DNA of 64,000 nt, from the NCBI GenBank assembly GCA_022425195.1, contig JAKMFX010000016.1:11831-75830 (forward strand), written 5' to 3'. Below the pieces are notes generated by a model. It was given only the letters and a program-made list of their open reading frames with translations. It was not told the DNA's origin and made no database searches. This stretch comes from Flavobacteriales bacterium (GTDB taxonomy: Bacteria; Bacteroidota; Bacteroidia; Flavobacteriales; UBA7430). The position numbers and the translations under genes were made by a program. Numbering within the stretch: position 1 is the first letter of the stretch; the number at the start of each line of letters is the position of its first letter. Shown in pieces: positions 18,115 to 27,943 of this stretch.

Positions 18115-18882
18115 ATGATGAAATCTTTGTGCGATCATTTTATATTTTTACAGCTTCTAACCGATCTTATGCTAAAGAGAGAACAGGACCCTATGGGGCA
18201 AGCCATTTACAACTATTTTCATCACCAAGATGAAACTTCAGTAAAGGTAGATACAAATATTACCTCTGGAGAAGAGTTGTCTGTTTCCTATTTATTTCGC
18301 AACCACAATCAAATGCCTTTGTTGGAAAAAAAAGCTTTAGATCTGGTTAAAGGAAAAGTCCTAGATGTCGGAGCCGGGGCTGGATCACATAGTTTATATC
18401 TTCAAGACATGGGTTTTGAGGTAACCGCATTGGATATATCAGAGCTCTCTTGTGAGGTGATGAAAGCTAGAGGCCTCAATAAGGTGGTTTGTAATGATAT
18501 ATGGAGTTGTAAGCCCGAACAATTTGACACCATCCTCTTCATGATGAATGGAATTGGATTGGTGAAAAATTTAGAGGGCTTAATTTTTTTCTTGCAATAC
18601 ATCAAGAAGTTCCTCAATACTGGAGGTCAAATTATACTCGATTCTTCGGATTTAAAATACATGTACGAAGATGAGGAAGGAGGATTTTGGATAGACTTAA
18701 ACAATAATTATTACGGAGAATTAGAATACACCCTTGGATATAAAGATTGTAAAGCAGACCCATTCCCTTGGTTGTTTGTAGATTTTAAACGTTTGGAAAA
18801 GGCGGCGCAATCTTGTGGTTGGAAAGTAGAATTGATTTATGAGGATGATCATTTCCATTATTTAGCTCGACTAAGGTTTTAA
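18115..18882 (+). CDS. Class I SAM-dependent methyltransferase
   Basis: Motif I VLDVGAGAGSHS is present. The true start may be the internal ATG at 18169 (MLKREQDPMGQ). Confidence 0.7.
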   Translation: MMKSLCDHFIFLQLLTDLMLKREQDPMGQAIYNYFHHQDETSVKVDTNITSGEELSVSYLFRNHNQMPLLEKKALDLVKGKVLDVGAGAGSHSLYLQDMGFEVTALDISELSCEVMKARGLNKVVCNDIWSCKPEQFDTILFMMNGIGLVKNLEGLIFFLQYIKKFLNTGGQIILDSSDLKYMYEDEEGGFWIDLNNNYYGELEYTLGYKDCKADPFPWLFVDFKRLEKAAQSCGWKVELIYEDDHFHYLARLRF

Positions 18883-18955
18883 TAATGCTTGACTGCTTAT
18901 AGTTAAGACGATATTAACTATATTGCTTTAGCAATTAGATAAAAAAATAAAAATT

Positions 18956-21049
18956 ATGCTAAAACTCAGAAATGGAGTGCTTTTATTCTCCATGCTATCT
19001 TTAATGTCTTGCATGGAAGAGGATCTGTCCAAGATTAGTGATACTGTAAATGTAAGTCCTGACATCGCTCTTCCTTTGGTGAAGTCGACGACCACCTTAG
19101 GGGATTTATTACCGGATGATGAAAGTATTTATATCGAAGATGACAATTCTATTGGTATTTCCTTTAAGAGCGATAATATTGCCAAAATTGAAAGTGATAG
19201 TTTGTTGCAAATTGAAGAGACGGCCCCAACTGAAGAAAGTTTCACTGTGGGCTCCATAAATCTTGCTGATTTTAACCAAACACAAACCATCAAGCTCATT
19301 GAGTTAGGACAAAATCTTGAGGATAATGCTATTTCTACACAAATTGAAGATGCATTTACTCTTGCCGAAACGGCTCCTGAAGGTAAAGTCCCTTTCCCTG
19401 ATATTCCTAGACAATCTGGTGGGACATATGATCAAAGCTCTTCCGATGAGTTTTTGTATGTGACCATGTCGGAAGGAGAACTCACTTTAGAGGTTCAAAA
19501 CAATACGGGATTACACATCGATTATTTGGAGCTAAAGTTAAAGAATAACGATTCAAATAACCCATCTTTAATTGGTACTTTTCTATTTCAAGACATTACC
19601 AAAGATGATCCTAAAACTAAGTCCTTATCTCTTGTTGGTAGGCAGATGTATAAAGACATTTCTTTTGAAGTTTCTGCTGTTCAGATTACAGGGAATAATC
19701 TCAATCCAGATCCCAATACATATATACCATTGTCTTCTGAAGATGCGATTGTGCTTAATATTGAAGGTGAAAACATTACTGTTACAGATGGAAAAGTAAA
19801 GTTTCCTGAACAAACAGGCCCTTCAGAGACCTTTGTGTTCGACTTGGATTTTGATGATGATGTATCTATTGATTTTATCAATCTATCCGGCGGAGCTATG
19901 GAATACAGTTATGAGTCTAGTGTAAATACAACTTTAGAATTGGATTTGGAGATTCCTCAGTTGAAAGATCCTAATGGTAATTCTTTTAAGGAGGTGTTGA
20001 TGATTGGTAATACTTCAGGTAATGTGGTCGACAATTCAATAGATTTGACGGGGTATCAATTCAACTTTGAAGGGGATGAAAACCAATTGGAGATTAAATA
20101 TGCTTCTAAAATCACCCCAACGCTTGACTATGAAGATTTTAATGCTGAAGATTATGTAAACCTAAGCATTGGTATGGCTGACCTTGAGTTTAGTTATATC
20201 GAAGGTTATTTTGGTCAGATTATCGAGAATATAGAGCCGGGAGAATTGGACGTGGATGTGAGCGTCCTTGAAGATATTACATCCGGTATAAAATTGGAAA
20301 CACCACAGTTGATTTTCACCATAGACAATTCGGTAGGAATTCCTTTTGAGATTGACTTAGATTTAACGGGGACTAATGGACCTAATAGTGAATCTCTCAC
20401 AGGAACTCTTTTTGATGTGCCCTCGGGTTTTGGGACACCTATATCAAAGAGAGTTGTTTTTAATGAGGCAAATAACCTTTCTGAATTGATAGCCTTGGCA
20501 CCCGAGATAATTTCTTATAGCGGTTCCGTTACTTCAAATCCAGAGGGTAATGTAGGTCCTAACTCCATCAGCCCCGGCACTGGTATAAGCTTTGGTTTTG
20601 AAATGGATTTACCTCTTTACCTAAGAGTTAGTGAGGCCGTTACTACGGATACTATGGATGTTGATTTGTCCGATTTAGATGATATCACATCAGATAATTT
20701 TGAAGATATTTCATTCAAGTTAAATGTGGAAAATGAATTTCCATTCGATGTAGAATTGATGATCTTATTCTCGGATTCTACGATTGGAACCGCTTTAGAT
20801 ACTTTGCAGGTAGGTATACTTAAAGCCGCAAAAGTGGATAATAACGGAAAAACTATGGCGCCTGAAGTTTATCCTTTAGAAATTGATTTGGATTCCGATC
20901 AGATTGATGCCCTATTCAATGCGAATCAATTACTTCTGGACTTGAAGTTGGCTTCATATGACTATAAAAATAAGGCTGTAAGACTGTATACCGATTATAC
21001 TATTAAGATTGAGGCAGGAGTGAGGGTTAAATCAAAAATTGAAGAGTAA
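18956..21049 (+). CDS. Large acidic lipoprotein, function unknown
   Basis: 697 aa with lipobox LSLMSC. The protein is very D/E/S/T-rich and no domain was recognised. It is translationally coupled (TAATG) to the next gene. Confidence 0.6.
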   Translation: MLKLRNGVLLFSMLSLMSCMEEDLSKISDTVNVSPDIALPLVKSTTTLGDLLPDDESIYIEDDNSIGISFKSDNIAKIESDSLLQIEETAPTEESFTVGSINLADFNQTQTIKLIELGQNLEDNAISTQIEDAFTLAETAPEGKVPFPDIPRQSGGTYDQSSSDEFLYVTMSEGELTLEVQNNTGLHIDYLELKLKNNDSNNPSLIGTFLFQDITKDDPKTKSLSLVGRQMYKDISFEVSAVQITGNNLNPDPNTYIPLSSEDAIVLNIEGENITVTDGKVKFPEQTGPSETFVFDLDFDDDVSIDFINLSGGAMEYSYESSVNTTLELDLEIPQLKDPNGNSFKEVLMIGNTSGNVVDNSIDLTGYQFNFEGDENQLEIKYASKITPTLDYEDFNAEDYVNLSIGMADLEFSYIEGYFGQIIENIEPGELDVDVSVLEDITSGIKLETPQLIFTIDNSVGIPFEIDLDLTGTNGPNSESLTGTLFDVPSGFGTPISKRVVFNEANNLSELIALAPEIISYSGSVTSNPEGNVGPNSISPGTGISFGFEMDLPLYLRVSEAVTTDTMDVDLSDLDDITSDNFEDISFKLNVENEFPFDVELMILFSDSTIGTALDTLQVGILKAAKVDNNGKTMAPEVYPLEIDLDSDQIDALFNANQLLLDLKLASYDYKNKAVRLYTDYTIKIEAGVRVKSKIEE

Positions 21050-22344
21050 TGAGGAAGTATATATTTCTATTAGCAACGTTTATTTGTGCAAGTACAATTG
21101 CTCAGAATATACATACGGGTTATCATTCGCAAGCATATATTTTACAGTCGAGTACGAATCCCGCCGCAATGCCAAGTTCAAATTTTGTACTAGGGATGCC
21201 TGTTTTAACGAACCTATCAACTCATATACAGTTTCCTGTGAGTTTGAGTGAAGCCCTTGATAAAAGGCAGGATGATTCTTTGACCATCAACATCCCCTCA
21301 CTGATATCAAATTTTGGAGGGAAAGATGCTTTTTATGTTGATGCTCGTTTCAACTTATTACATGTAGGCTTCAAAGTGGGTTATGATAAGAATGTATTCT
21401 TGTATTTTGGAGATGAGCTTGTGAGTGATTTTAACATCAACTTTTCTGGCGATATATTTAATTATTTGACTCGTGGTAACGGTCACACTTTGGGTCAAAA
21501 AATTAATTTCAACAAAGAGCACTTCGATGGTACCTTGTACAACAGTTTTTATTTAGGTTCTGCAGTTGACTTCAATGATCAATTAAAAATAGGTATTCGT
21601 TTCAAAGTTCTGACAGGGATTGCAAACTTACATACAGAAAAAATTAACCTTGCATTTCAAACAAGTCCTGATTATTACCAAACGACCTTGTATTCAGATG
21701 TGTTGGTCAAAACCTCAGGTGGAGGAGGAGACTTTAACCCGATAAAGAACAGTGGTTTCGCTGTCGATTTGGGAGCCATTTATCAGGCGACTGATGATCT
21801 TGAGTTGAGTTTTGCTATAAACGACATAGGGAGCATCAAATGGGCTGAAGAAAACAATGAATTTTATACTACCGATGGCGAAAATGAATATGAATTTAAA
21901 GGCTTGATTCAGTCTAGTGCTGATGACGATTCAGATACTGAGAATCAAATAGATGAAATTGTTGATTCTTTGACAGCAACTATGGAGATTAATGAAATTA
22001 GTGAATCTTATTCGACCAAGTTAAAGTCAAATCTATATATAGGTGCAAAATACAAATTGACAGAGATGCATAGTTTTTCCTTTTTGTTTCACTCAAAAAA
22101 GCATCCAAATGTTAGTGTCAATACTTTTATGGCCGGTTATCAGTTGCAATTGGGAGATTCTTTTCAGTTGTTAACGTCCTACAAAAACTTCAGTGGAATA
22201 AGTAATGTCGGTGCAGGTTTTGTCCTAAGTCCTGGGCCTTTTCAATTCCATATGATTCTTGAAAACACCCTTCTAGAGGTGTTCGATCTCAAAAACTTTG
22301 GGATGCATATGGGCTTGGTGCTACACTTTGGAAGAGATGATTAA
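21049..22344 (+). CDS. Putative outer-membrane beta-barrel protein (PorP/SprF- or DUF5723-like)
   Basis: 431 aa with a signal peptide ending AQN. Alternating amphipathic strands and the N-terminal block HSQAYILQSSTNPAAM resemble the Q..Y....NPA opening of PorP/SprF-type barrels. This similarity is weak and judged by eye. Confidence 0.45.
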   Translation: MRKYIFLLATFICASTIAQNIHTGYHSQAYILQSSTNPAAMPSSNFVLGMPVLTNLSTHIQFPVSLSEALDKRQDDSLTINIPSLISNFGGKDAFYVDARFNLLHVGFKVGYDKNVFLYFGDELVSDFNINFSGDIFNYLTRGNGHTLGQKINFNKEHFDGTLYNSFYLGSAVDFNDQLKIGIRFKVLTGIANLHTEKINLAFQTSPDYYQTTLYSDVLVKTSGGGGDFNPIKNSGFAVDLGAIYQATDDLELSFAINDIGSIKWAEENNEFYTTDGENEYEFKGLIQSSADDDSDTENQIDEIVDSLTATMEINEISESYSTKLKSNLYIGAKYKLTEMHSFSFLFHSKKHPNVSVNTFMAGYQLQLGDSFQLLTSYKNFSGISNVGAGFVLSPGPFQFHMILENTLLEVFDLKNFGMHMGLVLHFGRDD

Positions 22345-22364
22345 AATATTGATTTAGTCGATTT

Positions 22365-22394
22365 AAAAAGCCTCCCATTAAGGAGGCTTTTTTA
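22365..22394. terminator. Bidirectional intrinsic terminator
   Basis: The sequence AAAAAGCCTCC-CATTAA-GGAGGCTTTTTT lies between the convergent barrel gene and topB. Confidence 0.7.
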
Positions 22395-22397
22395 TTA

Positions 22398-24722
22398 CTA
22401 TTCTTCTAGGTTAATTTGAAAGTCAGCGTTGAATTTGAGTTTTCCAGATTTGTTAATTCCATCTAAAACAAAGCCTTTGATTACAGGGGTTTCACCTTTT
22501 TTAATCAGCTGAATGGTTTGTGTCTTTGAGAGCTTTTTGCCAAAAACTTCAAAAGGAATGGTGGTTTTACATCCCGAGTTAAATCGATTACAGCCGTAGG
22601 CATTTCGACCCAAAATAATTTCGCCTTCTTGACAACGAGGACATTTTAAAATCTCTTTTTCTTTGATTTCTAATTCAACCGTGAGCGACTCAGAAAAGCT
22701 TAGTTTTCCTTCTACTTTTGATTGGTCTTTTTCAAAACCTTTAATCCACCCTGTTTTACCGGATTTGACGAGTTGAAACACTTGTTTTTCGGTAAGTTTC
22801 TTGTTGAACTGAGAAAAAGAAACGGTGAAGTCACAGCCCTTTTTGTATTGACTACAACCGTAGGCTTTTTTACCTTTTAGTAGGCTGCCTGATTTACATT
22901 TTGGACATGTGGGCGACTCTGTTTTTTTTCTGAGTTTTTGATCTGCTTCTCGGAATCGGTTTACAGATGAGCGATTTTTCACATCGTGAACAACGGTGCT
23001 AACGAGTGCCTCCATTTCTTTAAGGAATATTTTTGCATCATAGTTACCCAGTTCGATATCTCTCAGCTTTTTTTCCCACTGCCCGGTAAGTTTTGGAGAT
23101 TTAAGGAGTTCGTTTTGTATGGTATCTATCAACTGAACTCCCATAGGGGTTGCAACCAATTTCTTTTTTTGCTTTACAATGTATTTTCTCCGGAAAAGTG
23201 TTTCGATCACAGCAGCACGAGTAGATGGTCGTCCAATTCCATTTTCCTTCATCAAGTCGCGCATCTCTTCGTCATCAACTTGTTTACCTGCGGTCTCCAT
23301 AGCTCTAAGCAGGGAGGCTTCCGTAAGCCATGAAGGCGCTTTGGTGCTTTTTTCATTTAAAGTCGCTTTGTGCGGACCTCTTTCATTTACAATAAAGTTT
23401 GGCATAATCGCATCACTAGAATCGGCATCTATATTTTTACCGTAAACAATTCTCCAGCCCATATCTAGGATTTGTTTCCCGCTGGTTCGAAACAAAATGG
23501 TATTTACTTTTCCCTTGACTGTGGTATTAGAGAGGGTGCAGTCGGGATAAAAAGCTGCGATAAATCTTTTGGTGATGAGGTCGTAGACTTTTTTTTCGTT
23601 GTAAGTTAAGCCTGAACTCGGATTTTGTCCTGTGGGAATAATGGCATGATGATCGGTGACTTTTTTGTCGTTAAATACTTTTTTTGATTTCCGAATGGGC
23701 TTTCCTAATAAAGGCTCAGTAATTGTTTGGTAAACTTTTAAACCTTTTAGAATCCCTTCTATTTTTGGATAGACATCCATCGGAAGAAAGGTGGTGTCTA
23801 CACGAGGATAAGAGCAGAGTTTTTTCTCATAAAGACTTTGTATCGTTTTTAACGTTTCTTCTGCGGATAGGCTGAATCTGTTGTTGCAAGAGACTTGAAG
23901 GGAGGTAAGGTCAAACAATCGCAGTGGACTTTCTTTACCTTCTTTAGTTTCGTTAGAAATAATTTCAAATTCAGCCTTTTCAATGTCCTTAAGTTGCTGT
24001 CTTGCTTTTTCTTCATCCAGAAACTTGCCAGATTCAGCACTAAAAAGAGTCTCTTTGTATTCTGTTTCCAGCACCCAATAAGGGCTGGGTTTGAAGTTTT
24101 CAATTTCTTTTTGTCGATTGACAATCATCGCCAAAGTGGGTGTTTGTACTCTACCGATGGATAATACTTGTTTGCCACTTCCGTATCTGAGTGTGTAGAG
24201 CCGAGTCGCATTAAACCCAAGTACCCAATCACCAATGGCCCTTGCCTTTCCCGCATGGAACAATCGATCAAAGTCAGTTCCTTTTCTGAGCTTAGCAAAA
24301 CCTGCCTTGATGGCCTCATTGGTTAGGGAGGAAATCCACAAACGCTCCATAGGTTTTGTATTTCCTGCATGTTCTAAAACCCAGCGTTGTATTAACTCTC
24401 CTTCTTGCCCCGCATCTCCACAGTTAATGATAGATGCGGCATTTTTAACCAGGTGTTTAATGATTTGGAATTGTTCTTGGACGCCTTTATTGTCGATGAG
24501 TTTAATTTCGTAGGCTGGGGGGAGTATGGGGAGATAACTGAGATTCCAAGGCTTCCATGATGGGTTGTACTCATGAGGTTCTTTTAAGGTGCAGAAATGC
24601 CCAAAAGTCCAACTTACCTGATAGCCATTGCCCTCATAGTAACCCATCTTTTTTTCATTAGCTCCAATAACCTGAGCTATTTCTCTTGCCACACTGGGCT
24701 TTTCCGCAATACAAAGCTTCAT
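22398..24722 (-). CDS. topB: DNA topoisomerase III with C-terminal zinc-ribbon repeats
   Basis: 774 aa. It has a Toprim N-terminus MKLCIAEKPSVA and an active-site region SYPRVDT. The C-terminus carries CPKC...C and CPRC...C zinc-ribbon modules. Confidence 0.9.
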   Translation of the reverse strand: MKLCIAEKPSVAREIAQVIGANEKKMGYYEGNGYQVSWTFGHFCTLKEPHEYNPSWKPWNLSYLPILPPAYEIKLIDNKGVQEQFQIIKHLVKNAASIINCGDAGQEGELIQRWVLEHAGNTKPMERLWISSLTNEAIKAGFAKLRKGTDFDRLFHAGKARAIGDWVLGFNATRLYTLRYGSGKQVLSIGRVQTPTLAMIVNRQKEIENFKPSPYWVLETEYKETLFSAESGKFLDEEKARQQLKDIEKAEFEIISNETKEGKESPLRLFDLTSLQVSCNNRFSLSAEETLKTIQSLYEKKLCSYPRVDTTFLPMDVYPKIEGILKGLKVYQTITEPLLGKPIRKSKKVFNDKKVTDHHAIIPTGQNPSSGLTYNEKKVYDLITKRFIAAFYPDCTLSNTTVKGKVNTILFRTSGKQILDMGWRIVYGKNIDADSSDAIMPNFIVNERGPHKATLNEKSTKAPSWLTEASLLRAMETAGKQVDDEEMRDLMKENGIGRPSTRAAVIETLFRRKYIVKQKKKLVATPMGVQLIDTIQNELLKSPKLTGQWEKKLRDIELGNYDAKIFLKEMEALVSTVVHDVKNRSSVNRFREADQKLRKKTESPTCPKCKSGSLLKGKKAYGCSQYKKGCDFTVSFSQFNKKLTEKQVFQLVKSGKTGWIKGFEKDQSKVEGKLSFSESLTVELEIKEKEILKCPRCQEGEIILGRNAYGCNRFNSGCKTTIPFEVFGKKLSKTQTIQLIKKGETPVIKGFVLDGINKSGKLKFNADFQINLEE

Positions 24723-25021
24723 GAATTTTCCTCAAACAGTTTCGAAAAGTATAAAAATATAAGACCAAATAACAGTCTTGTGGATAAGTTGTGTGATTTT
24801 AGATTTTAGCCAAATGGTCTATGATTTTATCATTCTTCCTAAGCCTTGTGTATCTTAACTTTTATTTCCTGTTCTAGGATCAGATTGCCAAATATAATCT
24901 CATTTGATTGTTGATAAGATTCTCTTATTTAGGTTCGACTTGGTTCGATTTCTGAAACATTTCTATGTATTTTTAAAGAGGTTAAAAAGTTCATTGTTGG
25001 ATCCATCATCTTTCAATTACC

Positions 25022-27940
25022 ATGTACATTAGACTCATTAGTTTATTCATTGTCTTCACCAGTGTGTTTGGCTTTTGGGGTGACGGTCTCTCTAAGGTTC
25101 CCGAACCTCCGGTGGCACCCCCATACATGAGGGCTGAAAGTCCTTGGGCAGATTCACTAATTCAAATCATGAGTCTTGATGAGAAGATTGGACAGTTGTT
25201 TATGGTGGCAGCCAATGGTAAGCATTCCGAAGAATCCGATTATTTGAAGATTGACACCTTACTTGATGCCTATGGATTGGGTGGGCTTATCTATTTTCAA
25301 TCAGAACCTCAGCAACATAATACCTTAGTCAATCGGTTTCAGTCTAAATCAAAGATTCCATTGATGAATGGGATTGATGGTGAATGGGGCTTGGCGATGC
25401 GTATTGATAGTCTAGAAGCATACCCTTGGAACATGACCTTAGGTGCTGTCCAGAACGATAGCTTACTTTATGAAATGGGAGGGGCCATTGCTCAAGAGTG
25501 TAAAGCCATGGGTGTACATTTTAATTTCACACCCGTTGTGGATGTCAATTCCAATCCTTTAAACCCCATCATCAATGCAAGATCCTATGGGGAAAACCCT
25601 GTAAATGTGAGTCAGAAAGCACTTGCTTTGATGCGCGGTATGCAAGATTCGGGTGTTTTGGCTTGTGCAAAACATTTCCCCGGTCACGGTGACACCGATT
25701 CGGATTCTCACAAAACACTTCCCATCATCCATCACTCGAAATCAAGGATTGATTCTGTTGATTTATTTCCTTTCAAAAAATTAGTAGATGCTGGTGTTGC
25801 TTCGGTTATGGTCGCTCATTTAAACATCCCTGCATTAGACTCAACATCAAATCGAGCCAGTACCTTATCACCTTATATCGTGGACACCTTACTGCAACAG
25901 GATCTCAATTTTAGCGGTTTGGTATTTACCGATGCTCTAAATATGAAAGGGGTGAGTGATTATTATGATAGTGGATCTTTAGAAGTATCTGCTCTTCAGG
26001 CAGGCAATGATGTGCTTCTTTTTCCTGAAGACGTTCCCGCGGCTTTTGAGGCAATTCATCGAGCGATTGAAGATGGTTTATTGACCCAAAACAGGATCAA
26101 CGAATCTTGTCATAAGATTTTGAAAGCTAAGGAATGGCTTGGTTTGACCTCTAAAAGTATTCTTGATACTTCAAATGTTCTTAACAGAGCTCAGGGTGCA
26201 AAAACAGAATTTCTAAGACAGCGTTTGGAGTCATCAGCATTGACGCTTTTGAAAAATAAAGATGCTTTGTTACCGATTGTGGACTTGAAAAATCAAAAAA
26301 TAGCCGTCTTAACAATAGGCGAAGCCAACTCTGAGCCTTTTGTTCGTCAGTTGAAGCGGTATTTAAATATTCACAAATATGAGGTGAGTTTAGATGAAGC
26401 TTCAGACTTTGATCAGTTGATCATTTCAGTTCACAAGTCGAATACTTCCCCTTGGAAATCCTATAAGATTTCTGAGGAAGAAAAAGAGATGATAAGCCTT
26501 TTATCCAAAGAAACTAAGGTCTCTCTAGTCATCTTCGCCAATCCTTACAGTTTGCTCAATGCCGATCATATGGAAAATGTAAATTCAATTGTGATGGCCT
26601 ATCAAAACTCAGTTTCTATGCAGTCTCTGGCGGCACAAAGTTTATTTGGGGGGATTCCTATAACAGGAAAATTACCCGTAAGTCTTACCGAAGAATATAA
26701 AGTCGATTTCGGTTTAAGCTTGAACGCTATAGATCGATTGAAATATACTCTGCCAGAAGAAGTTGGTATGAATAGAGACACACTAAGCTTGATAGATACT
26801 TTGGTAAACGAAGCCATAAAAATGAAAGCGACTCCAGGGTGTCAAGTTTTAGTCGCTAAAGAGGGAAAAGTGTTCTATAACAAAAGTTTTGGTTACCACA
26901 CCTATGATAGCCTTAATATGGTTGATGAATTTGATGTTTATGACATCGCTTCCATCACTAAAATCGCGTCTACATTGCCTATAATTATGCAAAAAGTAGA
27001 TGCTGGCAGCTTTAATGTCGACAAGAAGATTGCCAAGTATTTGAGCTTAGAGGATACCTGCTCTAAAGCGAAGTTAACGCCACGAAAAATGCTCAGTCAT
27101 CAAGCCCGATTGTGGCCTTGGATTCCATTTTATCGAGAAACCTTAAATGAAAATGGGCGCTTAAATCCTCTGATATATTCAGACAAACAGGAGAAAGAAT
27201 TTAAGATCCAAGTAGCTAAAGATATATTCATGAATGAAACTTATCTAGATACAATTACAGATCGAGTCATTCATTCTAAAATGCGGGATGAAAAAGGATA
27301 TAAATACAGCGATTTGGCATATTACATACTAAAGGATGTGATTGAGATTCAAGAAAGGAGTTCCTTGAAAGATTTAGTTCAAAATCGAATTTATGAGGAT
27401 TTAGGTGCTAATTTTACCACTTATCATCCGCTTGAGAAATTTGATATAGAATCGATTGTTCCCACTGAAAATGACACCTATTTCAGAAATCAATTGCTGA
27501 GAGGATATGTTCATGATCCTGGGGCTGCCATGCAAAATGGCGTTGGTGGGCATGCGGGGCTTTTCTCTAATGCCAACGATATGGCAAAACTTATGCAGAT
27601 GTATCTGAATGGAGGTGTTTATGGAGGGAAGAGGTACATTAAAGAGAAGACCTTGAAGGAATTTACCTCTTGTCAGTATTGTCGAAAAGACAATCGTAGA
27701 GGGATTGGATTTGATAAACCTGTAATTGATGATTCTGATGGACCTACTTGTAGGCAAGCTTCCCCTTCAAGTTTTGGGCATTCTGGTTTTACAGGAACCC
27801 TAGTATGGGCAGATCCAGAACATGATTTGATTTATGTATTTTTATCAAATAGAATTCATCCATCCGCTGAAAACTTTATCTTAGTGAGAGAAAATTTCAG
27901 AACTCGAATTCAAGAAGTAATCTACAAGGCAATTGAATAA
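25022..27940 (+). CDS. Fusion protein: GH3 beta-N-acetylhexosaminidase (NagZ-like) plus serine beta-lactamase/transpeptidase-fold domain
   Basis: 972 aa. The N-terminal half has KHFPGHGDT.DSH (GH3). The C-terminal half has the SxxK motif ASITK and class C/DD-peptidase-like blocks. Confidence 0.85.
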   Translation: MYIRLISLFIVFTSVFGFWGDGLSKVPEPPVAPPYMRAESPWADSLIQIMSLDEKIGQLFMVAANGKHSEESDYLKIDTLLDAYGLGGLIYFQSEPQQHNTLVNRFQSKSKIPLMNGIDGEWGLAMRIDSLEAYPWNMTLGAVQNDSLLYEMGGAIAQECKAMGVHFNFTPVVDVNSNPLNPIINARSYGENPVNVSQKALALMRGMQDSGVLACAKHFPGHGDTDSDSHKTLPIIHHSKSRIDSVDLFPFKKLVDAGVASVMVAHLNIPALDSTSNRASTLSPYIVDTLLQQDLNFSGLVFTDALNMKGVSDYYDSGSLEVSALQAGNDVLLFPEDVPAAFEAIHRAIEDGLLTQNRINESCHKILKAKEWLGLTSKSILDTSNVLNRAQGAKTEFLRQRLESSALTLLKNKDALLPIVDLKNQKIAVLTIGEANSEPFVRQLKRYLNIHKYEVSLDEASDFDQLIISVHKSNTSPWKSYKISEEEKEMISLLSKETKVSLVIFANPYSLLNADHMENVNSIVMAYQNSVSMQSLAAQSLFGGIPITGKLPVSLTEEYKVDFGLSLNAIDRLKYTLPEEVGMNRDTLSLIDTLVNEAIKMKATPGCQVLVAKEGKVFYNKSFGYHTYDSLNMVDEFDVYDIASITKIASTLPIIMQKVDAGSFNVDKKIAKYLSLEDTCSKAKLTPRKMLSHQARLWPWIPFYRETLNENGRLNPLIYSDKQEKEFKIQVAKDIFMNETYLDTITDRVIHSKMRDEKGYKYSDLAYYILKDVIEIQERSSLKDLVQNRIYEDLGANFTTYHPLEKFDIESIVPTENDTYFRNQLLRGYVHDPGAAMQNGVGGHAGLFSNANDMAKLMQMYLNGGVYGGKRYIKEKTLKEFTSCQYCRKDNRRGIGFDKPVIDDSDGPTCRQASPSSFGHSGFTGTLVWADPEHDLIYVFLSNRIHPSAENFILVRENFRTRIQEVIYKAIE

Positions 27941-27943
27941 GTT

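Noticed and set aside
22986-24513. Multiple 60-115-aa ORFs on both strands within 22986-24574
   Set aside because: All are nested inside the topoisomerase III CDS, which has clear Toprim, active-site and zinc-ribbon motifs.
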